A DNA stretch of 64,000 bases from Pristiophorus japonicus (lineage: Eukaryota), in NCBI RefSeq assembly GCF_044704955.1, contig NC_091991.1:141484001-141548000 (forward strand). The letters are read 5' to 3'. Under the pieces are notes generated by a model. It saw only the letters and a program-made list of their open reading frames with translations. It was not told the origin of the DNA and ran no database searches. A program made the translations under genes and the position numbers. Below are positions 1-11,035 of the stretch, one piece after another (position 1 is the first letter of the stretch; each line of letters begins with the position of its first letter).

Positions 1-720
1 CGAACTATGTGGCCTGCCCAGCGGAACTGATAAAGTGTGGTCAGTGCTTCAATGCTGGGGATGTTGGCCTGGTCGAGGATGCTAACGTTGGTGTGTCTGT
101 CCTCCCAGGGGATTTGTAAGATCCTGTGGAAACATTGTTGGTCGTATTTCTCCAGCGACTTGAGGTGTCTACAGTACATGGTCCATGTTTCTGAGCCATA
201 CAGGAGGGCTGGTATCACTACAGTCCTGTAGACCATGAGCTTTGGTGGCAATTTTGAGAGTCTGGTCTTCAAAGGCTGCACTGGCGCACTGGAGGCAGTG
301 TTGGATCTCGTTGTTGTTGCCTGCTCTTGTGGTTAGAAGGCTCACGAGATAAGGGAAGTGGTCCATGTTGTCCAGGGTCGCGCCGTAGATCTTGATGACT
401 GGGGGGGGGACAGTGCTGTGCAGAGAGGACTGGCTGGTGGAGGACCTTTGTCTTACGGATGTTTAGCGCAAGGCCTATGCTTTTATACGTCTCAGTAAAT
501 ACGTCGACTATGTATTGGAGTTCAGCCTCAATGTGTGCAGACACAGGCATCGTCTGCGTACTGTAGCTCGACGACAGAGGTTGGGGTGGTCTTGGACCTG
601 GCCTGGAGACGGTGAAGGTTGAACAGGTTCTCACTGGTTCTGTAGTTTAGTTCCACTGCAGTGGGGAGCTTGTTGACTGTGAGGTGGAGCATAGCAGCGA
701 GGAAGATTGAGAAGGGAGTT
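1..720 (-). mobile_element. RTE-clade LINE fragment (5'-truncated RT region), continues off-window
   Basis: Minus-strand ORF pieces GLALNIRKTKVLHQ and DHFPYL. Homologous to the RTE copies at 2166 and 20495. Confidence 0.85.
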
Positions 721-1166
721 GGGGGGTGGGGGGGGGGGGGGTGCGGCAGGCAGCGGAGTGGGAGCTGGGGGGGGGTATGCAGGAGAGAGCCAGAGGAAGT
801 GTGAGCTGAACGGGGGGGGGGAGCCGGAGCCAGAGCAAGAGCAGGAGCTGGAGCAGGGAGATGCCGTCCAATCTTCGCCGCCCCAATGAGCCCATTCGGC
901 CAGGGCTAGGGGCGGCGTGCTTCGGGCCCCTCCCACACAGTTTTGGGTGCCTGGAGCTACTGCACATGTGCAGAGGTCCCAGCAGTGTTTTCAGCGCCGG
1001 GACCTGGCTCCGCTCCCGACTGCTTGTGCTGCACTGCGTCGAGGGCCTGGATCGACCTGAGGGAGTGGAGAATACCGAGGTAAGTTTTCGGCGCGGTTTT
1101 GAGCGTGGAAATCAGGCGCGGCTCGCGGGGCTGCGCCGTTCTAGGCGCAACCCGAAACCTGACCCC
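721..1166 (+). mobile_element. Right half of GC-rich TIR element, family A (PIF/Harbinger-like, non-autonomous)
   Basis: Near-identical to 25600-25970. Ends in TIR cgaaacctgacccc. Interrupted on the left by the RTE. Confidence 0.75.
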
Positions 1167-1268
1167 ATGGTGTTGAGATAGAGGATCAGTCATGATCATA
1201 TTGAATGGCGGTGCAGACTCGAAGGGCCGAATGGCCTACTACTGCCCCTATTTTCTCTGTTTCTATGT
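1167..1268 (+). mobile_element. CR1 LINE 3' UTR end
   Basis: attgaatggcggtgcagactcgaagggccgaatggcctact followed by a ttctatg tail, as at the end of the 11036-15031 CR1. Confidence 0.8.
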
Positions 1269-2165
1269 AAATGCGATATAAATGCGTTCTTATTGTTGAA
1301 GAACTTTTTTCTGAATGAATTAACTAATAGCCAAATGGCCTTATTCCAACTATATTTATCTTGCGATCATTCAATCAATTTTACTGAACAATGTTGAAAA
1401 TAAATGTTGAATCTCCAAGGTAACATACGGATTCAGATCCAGGATGTGTTGTTCAATCAATGCAAAAAAAAAGTGACGTTAACTAAATATAATAAATCCA
1501 CATTTTTACAACTCTAAACAGCAAAATCTTTACTAACTGCAGTTTTGCTCCTTACATATTCAGTTCTGGTGTGAGACATTTTGGTTATACAAGTTTTTAC
1601 TCTCTCTTCGCTCTATTGCAACATCCATGATCATTGGCCATTCCACAGAATTGACTGATATAAGTAAGTGATTAGAGTTTAAAGCTTTTGTTAAAAAAAA
1701 CACTTAATGAAATTAGAATTCTCAAAATTTGGAAGACATTCAAATGAATCTATCAATTCATAGAATTTTATCAATGCCTTTGAAATGGTACAACTGCTCT
1801 GATATTTGATTAGATGCACAGATGAAAAGCGCATTGTATTACTGCAGCCCTACAAATCTTAATAAAAGGCAATTATTTAAACAGAATAATTCGGCTGAGC
1901 TACCTTTAATGGTTTATAAACTTTTTTTTTTAAAATAGAATCAATGCAGCAAACTATTACTAGTACAGTCCTTTTGCTGGGTTTTTATTCAAAAGAAACT
2001 GTAATCTTTTGGTTTCATTGTTGCTTTGCAATACTGGCTAAGGGCTAGAAGCAGCTCATTTGCTTGCTGACAATCTGTTTTCAAAGAAACTCTTTTAGGG
2101 TCTGTTTTCAAAGAAATTCTAGAATGACAGCACAGGTGGTGGTCATTTGGCTCATCGAGCCTGTA

Positions 2166-3606
2166 CCGTCATCTCTCCCTGTGGCTGAGGAGCTCCTCCC
2201 GGAGTCACAGTGTGGATTCCGTCCACTACGAGGTACAACGGCTATCTTCTTTACGGCGTGACAACTGCAAGAGAAATGCAGGGAACAGCACCAACCCTTG
2301 TACATGGCCTTCTTTGACTCGGTTAGCCGAGAGGGACTATGGAGCGTACTGCTGTTTCGGCTGCCCCCAAACGTTTGTCGCCATCCTCCGCCTGCTCCAC
2401 GACAAAATGCAAGCCGTGATCCTGACTAACGGATCCACCACAGACCCAATTCACGTCTGGACCGGGGTCAAGCAGGGTTGAGTCATCGCGCCAACCCTCT
2501 TCTCGATCTTCCTTGCTGCAATGCTCCACCTCACACTCGAGCTCTCCGCTGGAGTGGAATTAAACTACAGAACCAGTGGGAACCTGTTCAACCTTCGACG
2601 TCTCCAGGCCAGATCCAAGACCGTCCCATCCTCGGTCATCGAGCTACAGTACACGGAGGACGCTTGTGTCTGCGTACAGAGACTGAACTGCAAGTCATAG
2701 TCAATATCTTCACGGAGGTGTACGAAAGCATGGGCCTTACACTAAACATCCATAAGACAAAGGTCCTCCACCAACATGACCCCGCCACACAGCACTGCCC
2801 CCCAGCCATCAAGATCCATGGCGCAGCCTTGGACAACGTGGACCACTTTCCATACTTCGGGAGCCTATTATCAGCAAGGGCAGACATGGATGACGAGGTT
2901 CAACACCACCTCCAGTGCGTCAGTGCACCCTTAGGCCACCCTGAGGAAGAGAGTGTTCGAAGGTCAGGCCCTCAAATCTGTCACCAAGCTTATGGTCTAC
3001 AGGGCTGTAGTGATACCCGCCCTCCTGTATGGCTCAGAGACATTGACCATATGCAGTAGACACCTCAAATCGCGAGAGAAATACCAGGTCTTGCAAATCC
3101 CCTAGGAGGACAGACGCACCACGTTAGTATCCTCGATCAGGCCAAAATCCCGAGCATCGAAGCACCAAAGCACTGACCACATACTCGACCAGCTCCATTG
3201 GGCGGGCCACATTTGTGTCAGGCATGCGAACAGACTCCCAAAGCAAGCGCTCTCTTCGGAACTCCTACACGGCAAGTGAGCCCCAAGTGGGCAGAGGAAA
3301 CGTTTCAAGGACACCCTCAAAGCCTCCTTGATAAAATGCAACATCCCCACTGACACCTGGGAGTCCCTGGCCAAAGACTGCCCTAAGTAGAGGAAGAACA
3401 TCCGGGAGGGCGCTGAGCACCTAGAGTCTCGTCGCCGAGAGCACGTAGAAAGGAAGCGCAGGCAGCGGAAGGAGCGTGCGGCAAACCAGACTCCCCACCT
3501 ACCTGTGACAAATACTGTAATTCCCATATTGGACTGTTCAATCACCTAAGAACTCACCAAGTGGAAGCAAGTCTTCCTTGATTTCGAGGGACTGCCTATG
3601 ATGATG
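2166..3606 (+). mobile_element. RTE-clade LINE, 5'-truncated and degenerate
   Basis: LPESQCGFRP, TGVKQG and MGLTLNIHKTKVL motifs. 3' tail gaagcaagtcttccttgatttcgagggactgcctatgatgatg. Confidence 0.88.
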
Positions 3607-4593
3607 GTAGAGTTTTCCAATTAATATCACTCCCCAGCTCTTTCCCCATAGTAATTTTTTTTTTCAAAAATATATCCAATCCCAATTTTATATTCTTATG
3701 TCCCCCCACCAGGTACATACTGTTCCTTGATAAGACATAAGGCAAGTGTCCCTCTCCGAAGCCTACACAAATGCTATTCTTCAGCCAATTGACAGAAAAC
3801 GCACAAGAATAACCAGGAGTCTCCTGCCCTCCAACTATTCCTCCTTTACTCCAGGTGAATATATAACCTATTGCTTAGTTTTTCCCGTTAGCAGCACAGC
3901 TGAGATCAAGAACTTCCTGTGACAGAAATATCAGTTGTAAACCCATCAAATGGAATCACCAGATTTTCTAAGAAACTCCCATTTTAAAAACATTCAAATG
4001 TTCGAATGGTTTGTTGACGAGTGGGGACAAAAGGGGAATATTTGTACATTTTACTCTTAAAGTGCTGAGATTGTGAAACAGCTATCACTAGCATTGGGTA
4101 AACTGACTTTACAAAAGTCACATATTATGGATTACATTAAGGCTGAAATGCCATCAACATTAGGCCAGATCTTTCTCGCGACATAAGCCGTTATAGTAAA
4201 TGATATTTTCCTGCACTTTTAGGCTTGATAATTTTGTGATGTAACTTGCTGGAAGTATGAGCTTATAACGCTGTGGTAAGTGCAATGGGGCATTTGGGTC
4301 CTCAGTGAATGGCAGGACCAACAGTGAATCTTAACCAATGGGATTTAAGGACTGAGCAAAAAGAAGCAATGACGGAGGAGGAAGGTGAATTAGAGTCAAA
4401 TCAGGTGCAGACTGAAATAAAGAAAGGGAAAGAAAGACTGGATCAAGAGAGAACAGAGACAGAAAGGAAACTTCTTTTTTTTTTTTTAAATTGACATTTT
4501 TAAAATCTCCTTTAAAACAATTTACTACATGTGGGATTGAGATTGTACCGTTTAAATTGCTCCCTTTCTGGGCCAAAGGTTGATTGGTATTGA

Positions 4594-4678
4594 AACATAG
4601 AAAACATAGAAAATAGGTGGAGTAGGCCATTCGGCCCTTCGAGCCTGCACCACCATTCAATAAAATCATGGCCGATCA
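4594..4678 (-). mobile_element. CR1 3' tail fragment
   Basis: aacatagaaaacatagaaaatagg...ggccattcggcccttcgagcctgcac is the reverse complement of the CR1 3' UTR. Confidence 0.8.
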
Positions 4679-4751
4679 ACAATTGCATTAACAATTATCA
4701 CGTGTTAAAAAGATACTTACGTTGTTAAGGTCTAACCCAACTTTCTGGGGC

Positions 4752-5075
4752 AAGTTTCATCCTCGAAGCGAGGATGACTTGCTTCCATGCCAAAAAGGGA
4801 TGAGTTCACAGGTGTTTCAATGAAGGACCAAATATTCCAGATCCCGAACTACATCGTGAAGGGTGGAAGATACCTGTGCTTGGATTTAAAAAAAATGTGT
4901 GGTGGCTGTTGCACACCAGCCACCACACGGGCTTGACAGAGCGAGGTCTTGGTCCAGTGGCAAGGATTACCCAAGACTAACGGGAGACCAGCTCTGCTGC
5001 ACAGACTGAGCGCGCACACATATCGCAGTGGTCTGGCCTGTGCTGCCCTTGGGCCCTCGCTTCTTCTGGGCCTCA
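4752..5075 (-). mobile_element. Short non-autonomous retroposon with an RTE-type 3' tail
   Basis: Minus strand ends ...gaactcatccctttttggcatggaagcaagtcatcctcgcttcgagg. Same body as 33152-33290; tail shared with the RTE LINEs. Confidence 0.7.
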
Positions 5076-6569
5076 CTGCATACCACTGCAGGGAGCAGCA
5101 TGTGCTGCTGCAGGAAGGTGACATTTAATGGATAATGAATGTGCAAATCCAACAAGTTCTTAAAAATAACGGGGAGGCTAAAGGAGAGATGCCGTTTGTG
5201 CAAAGTAAACGGTGGAGCAGCATAAATTGATTAGTAAGTTCTGGAGATTTGCACCTCAGTCCCCTAAATTTGTACTTTAATAACTCTCTGTGTTGTTAAC
5301 ATTGTCGTTATTTTTCCAGCAAGATTCGGCCCATTGTGTTGGACCATTGAATAGCTACAAAAAATCCCAAGTATATTCATTCAGAATGTTGAATTCTAAT
5401 TTCAAGTGTTCTCTCCCCACAACTCTCATGGCGACTGATAATGTAGCTGTTTTCCCAAATAAACCTTTGTGGCAGCCCACTAAAGGTGAAAACCAAGTGA
5501 ATCTTGCAGTAACATCCATCAAATCCATGAACTCTATTGTATCTGGATACTCATTTGGGTGGTGCTAAGAACACTGAGGTAGTGTTTCCACCATGTTGCA
5601 CTGTTTTTTTTTCCCAGCGCAATTCGTCCAAAATTGCCCAAACCAGAGCAAAAGCTCGAGGAATTTCAAGCGGAAGTTAGGTCCAGAGCAAATCAAGTTT
5701 CCGTGATCTTTTGTCCTTGTGTAACAAACATCGTGCTGGAATCTCGCTCAAAGCTAACCACACCCATAAATCTGACTAGGACCCCTGAATGAATTAATCA
5801 CCAAGGTGCGTTTCTGCTAATTGCGCTCGTTTGCGGCTCTTAAAATTAAGCCCCTTTTTTTTTTTAGGCGCAAGGGTACTCATAAGTTTTTAAATATTAA
5901 AAAACATTTAATTTAAGAAACTGTACATTAACGAAGCTAAGAAATGGTTCTGTATAGTTCTTTAAAGTCATTTTCAGTTATTTAAAATCATGTTGCACAC
6001 ATGTGGTGGACTATTCACGGATTAAAAATTCTTATTTTGTGAGATGAACCCATTTTCAGCTGTATTAATAGAACTGCACCAGGATACCACTCTTAAATAG
6101 TGAAACCAATATACATGGATACTCCCCAAAAAAAGAAACATCTGCAAAAAACAGACACTAGTGAGACCTAAATAACTGAAATGATAAAATATATAACAGG
6201 CACTGTAAAACCACAGACACTCGCAAATTCCAAACTATGAACAACCTTCAAATCACCCAGCCATTTTCCAAAACAAAACAGGACACTGGAATGGGGGAGC
6301 TTTTTACCCAATATACATTGCAGCAGAGAAAGTGCTTTATTTCTGGGACTGAATGCTTGGACGGCTCCATAGGGTTAGAGTGGTTTCTCTGCCGCTATAG
6401 ATGTGGAATAAAGAACTCCCCATTCTACTGAAAATATTTACAGTATACAAAATCGCCATTTTGAAAATAAGGTCTCCTGCAAATAAAGGACAACTGATGC
6501 TAGTCTCTAAGGTGTCTGTGATTTACAGGTTTCACTGTACATCAAGGAATATTTTTTAATGCAAGGGAT

Positions 6570-7084
6570 TGTGATGGAATATTTTCCACTTGCCTGGATG
6601 AGTGCAACTCCAACACTCAAAAAGCTCAACACCATCCAGGACAAAGCAGCCCGCTTGATCGGTACCCCATCCACCACCTTGAACATTCACTCCCTCCACC
6701 ACCGACGTACCGTGGCTGCAATGAGTACCATCTACAAGATGCACTGCAGCAACTCATGAAGGCTTTGTCGGCAGAACCTCCCAACCCCACAACCTCTACC
6801 ACCTAAAAGGACGAGAGCAGCAGGTGCATGGGAGGGCCATCACCTGCAAGTTCCTCTCCAAGTTACACACCATCCTGACTTGGAAATATATCGCCGTTCC
6901 TTCATTGTTGCTGTGTCAAAATCCTGGAACTCCCTCCCGAACAGCACTGTGGGTGTTCCTTCACCACAAGACCACAGCGGTTCAAGGCGGCGGCTCATCA
7001 CCACCTTCTCAAGGGCAATTAGGGATGGGCAATAAATGCTGGCCTTGCCAGCGACGCCCACATCCCAGAACGAAAGCAAAAAAA
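6570..7084 (+). mobile_element. 3' fragment of the tRNA-headed CR1-group LINE family
   Basis: MEYFPLAWMSATPTLKKLNTIQDKAARLIG followed by tail gggcaataaatgctggccttgccagcgacgcccacatccc. Same family as 32869-36638. Confidence 0.8.
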
Positions 7085-9429
7085 GTCAGGTGTGATCAGT
7101 GGAGTCCTTAAAAGCCATACTTACCTTCTTCCTTAGCTTACTCCCTTATATTGTCAGTTCATGATTAAAAGCTACTTGATCCAGCTGAACCAACCAGTGC
7201 ACAGCCTTGGACAAAGATAATCAATTTGCTTCCAGCATCACCATCTATGCCATTGCTGACACAGATGCCAATGCAGTACTTGCAATAAAAAGTCATAACT
7301 GTGCTTATTGAACAAAGTTAGCCACTTGCAAGGACAGTGATCATCAAATGACATGAACCCAAGAAATGCACAACAGATCAGTTGTCTAATGATCTGTGGG
7401 CCAAAAAATATAAAGGATTTTCACTGAAGCAAAACTGCAATGAAACTAATAGACACAAAAAAAATATGAAAATTAAGAGAAGATCTGGAAATAATAACCC
7501 AATAATGTTAAACTATCTAAAAAATACACAATGGAACACAGATTTTCCTCTAGACTTGACTATTCCAACGCACTCCTGGCTGGCCTCCCACATTCTACCC
7601 TACGTAAACTTGAGGTGATCCAAAACTTGGCAACAAGTCCCACTCACCTATCACTCCCAGGATGAGGGCCAGCAGAGTCTCATGCCCTTAGGATAGTTAG
7701 AAGACAATGCACAGGTTCAAATATTTGATTATACAGTGACACCTGCTGGGAAGTGCACTCTGCGGCTATAATGCTCCACACAATCCAATATGAATCCCAA
7801 TGCTCACCGGTTAGCCTCACACATTTGAGTAAATGGCCAGTTCGGCAAATTACCAGATGGTGAATGCGCCCATGGAACCAACCCGCTCCGTTCCCAGCTT
7901 TTTCTCACCAGCCCACTCCCTTTCCAGCTTTTTCAAAACGTTAAGGAGCCTGTTCCAGTGATGAACTGGAAGCGCTCATGCACAGAATGCCTCTAGTTTA
8001 TTGGCAGCAGTCGCGTCCTTTTTTTTTAAAAAAAGAAAAGCGTAGACAAGGGCAACATTTATTGTCCATGCGTAAGTTGCCCTTGAAAAGGTGGCGGTGG
8101 GCTACAAATTTGGACTGGAGTTAGAACTGTTCCAAAATCTCAGCCCCTGGGAAACCAATGAAATAACTCGCAATGCAGCTGATCCGACCAGCGGGGTAGT
8201 TTCTCTAGTCCAGTAACTCCACAATAGCCGTTAGGTCAGTCCAAAGTTTGCAGAGTAATTTAGCAAGGAGCAAGGTCTGACCTATCTCGTGCATTCCAGC
8301 AGCTGAGAAAATTTACATTTTTGTTTTAAAAACGAGAATTTTGCAGAATGCATTATTTTTCTCTACAAAATAAAGGCTTGCCTTCACCTGTGCATAATGC
8401 CACAGATCTGTCAGTTCACAATGGTTCCAACTTTAATCTGTCTTGGAAGATATGTAAACAAATTCCAGGTAAAGATCATGGGTCTCCCACACAAAAACCA
8501 CAGCTGCCCATGCGTGTATTCCCTACAACATTAATTTCAGCTAGTGTCTGGGAAAAGGAAATGGAGCACAGACAATGGTAATTAGAATGATCTTCCGATT
8601 GTTCCTCTGCCTTCCCAAAATGCAAATGAAAACGGCTGTGGAATGGAGAGAAGTTTGGCTTTGAAGAAAAGGAAAAGAAAAGGAGGGAGAAGTGTATTGA
8701 ATCTGTAAAGGATTGCTTAAAAAAAACATGAACCACAAAACTTAGAAGACAAAATGCTGAGTATTGCGGTCACAATTGTAGCTCGTAACAAAAACATTTA
8801 TAGCACAAAAGCTTAAAAGTGTGCCAACAATGTACCATAGACAAAATTTAACATCTCAAGGTTGCTGTCCAGACAGACAGACAGACTTTCCTCATTTTGA
8901 CGCATAAAATAAAATATCTATGCAGGATTTCTAAAGAGTAGATTAGTTTGTGTAATTCTGCATATAAATGCCATAAAACATCACAGTACCAGTGGTCAGC
9001 CCCTTTTCATAACAGTCCTTTTTGCTTTTTTCTCCCATTATGAATGGAAGCACTAAAACAGGTTAAGGCATTGCAACATGTTGAAAGTGTATAATTACAA
9101 GTTATCTTGGAGGATGCCAGATTGCTGTGCTGGCTCCCAACTCTGTACCTGGCTGGCCTCCCAACTGCACTACTCCATTGCCCTGTTGAAAGCAGTAGAG
9201 GCAAGTAGGTTAACCTGCAACATTAGGCACCAGGAGCTCGGATTTTTCCAGATATAAAATATGATTTATAGTACAAATGGTGTGACGTAGAACCTAAAAG
9301 CATCTGGAATCAATGACTGGGGCGAAAATACGAGGACATTTTTTTTCAGTAGTAAATTACCAGAAAATAAAACTGCAAAATAAAACAAACAGTCATCATA
9401 TTACACTTTTGCATCAGTGCACTTATCAC

Positions 9430-10750
9430 ACTGTGCACAGTTCTGGTCTCCATATTGCAATAATGATAGAGGCACTGGAGAAGGTGTAAAAAAAGATTTA
9501 CAAGGCTGATACCAGAACTGAGAGGTTGGGCCGAAAATTTCAGCCTCGCCAGGTGCATACGATGTGCGCATGCACCCGAAGAGGCCTCGCAAATGCCGGT
9601 TCTCGGCGCGCGATGCACACGCGCCGAGAATCAGCTTTTGCAATCTGTCAATTGACAGATCGCACACATCCCCGCAGGAAGGACATTCGCGGGGCAGAGA
9701 TTGTGTTATTTGCCTAACTCTTGCCCAGCGAATGCCCTTCAAACTCTTACACCTGTTAAAAGCAAGCGTATAGCCTACTTTTACCAGCATATGAGTTTTA
9801 AAACATAGAAAAATTAAATTTATTCACAAATTTTTATATTAAAAATCCTGTCCATTAAGGTAAATTTATTTTTAACCCTATTAAAACACATTTAACATTT
9901 TTTTTGAAATATATATTTTTTCTAAAACATTTAATTACATTCAATTTCAATTAATTTTAAATGTGAGGTTTTTAAAAAATTTTCAGGGGTTATTCCCATT
10001 GATTGCATTATTACTAGATGTTCATTGGTGGTTCAGGCCCACGTGATCTCAGGATATAAATACGTATCTGGAAGAAATGTTCCAGTACGCTGTTCTGCGA
10101 AACTAGGGCTCCGACTGCAATCCTACGTTCCCCCAGGACCACCAGGTATTTTCGTAAAAATAATTCCAGTCAGAGGCGTTTGCACGAAGGAAGCTTCCGA
10201 CTGCAATTTCCCTCCCCGCCCCCATTATAACCATCAGGAAAGACTGAACAGGCTATGGCTCTTTTCTTTGAAAAAGAGAAGGCTGAGGAGTGACATAATA
10301 AAGGTCTTCATAATTATAAGAGATTTACATAAGAAATAGGAAAGAAGACAGGGTTAGGCCATTTGGCTCCTTGAGCCTGCTCCACCATTCAATAAGATTA
10401 TGGGTTTGACAGGGTTGACGTAGAGAATAAGTTTCTACTTGTGGGGAGCCCAAAACTGGGGGTGGGGGTGGGGGTGAGGGGGGGTCATTAATATAAGATA
10501 GTCACTAATAAATCCAATAAAGGACTCAGGAGAAACCTCTTTACCCAGAGAACGGTTAAAATGTGGAACTCACTAACGCAAGGAGTAGTTGAGGCAAATA
10601 GCATAGATGCTATTAAAGGGAAGCTAGATATGTACATGAGGGAGAAAGGAATAGAAGGATATACTTTGATGGAGGTCATTTGGAGCATAAACACCAAGAT
10701 AGACTAGTTGGGCCAAATGGTAGGTTTCTGTACTATAAATATTATGTAAT
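9430..10750 (+). mobile_element. CR1 3' fragment interrupted by a TIR element (9528-10223) and a short inverted CR1 tail (about 10327-10400)
   Basis: CR1 sequence ...gaactgagaggtt / ataaccatcaggaaagactgaac... resumes on either side of the insert. ERLNRLWLFSLKKRRLRSD. Confidence 0.75.
9528..10223 (+). mobile_element. GC/AT mosaic TIR element, family B (PIF/Harbinger-like, non-autonomous)
   Basis: Starts gggccgaaaatt and ends gcaatttccctccccgccccc. Collinear with 55581-56227. Flanks gtt/att. Confidence 0.7.
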
Positions 10751-11035
10751 ACAGAGAGGTTCATAGCTTGCAGCAATGCAAAAGTAACAGCATAAAACTC
10801 CAGACTGAAGCCCCAACCAGATTACGGAAAGCATAAAGCCGAGAGGCGAGACATTCCTGCCAAGGGACATATTTCACAGAACTTAGGATTTGGTATTGTT
10901 CGGAATATAACTTCAGTCTGGTGTGAAGCAGATATGAAGGTGCTCTGGTCGTCTATTGGACACTATCAATTAGTATAGAGTTCTTTTAACGTTGAGATTT
11001 TTCCCTTGACCTCTCCTAATATGTATTTTTTTAAG

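Noticed and set aside
2074-2116. 16-bp direct repeat tctgttttcaaagaaa
   Set aside because: Small local duplication with no further structure.
4715-4740. Minus-strand LDLNN followed by GTAAGT, resembling the CLEC16A VLDLNNSD segment
   Set aside because: Upstream codons do not match CLEC16A, and the several intervening exons are not present in order. Likely chance.
4163-6060. Degenerate TIR-element remnants near 4163-4500 and 5575-6060 (also about 16060-16766)
   Set aside because: They resemble the GC-rich families, but ends and TSDs could not be defined reliably, so they are not listed as features.
7118-7200. Strong minus-strand donor AAG|GTAAGTAT
   Set aside because: No CLEC16A-like coding sequence or convincing acceptor upstream. 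Cannot be supported as an exon.
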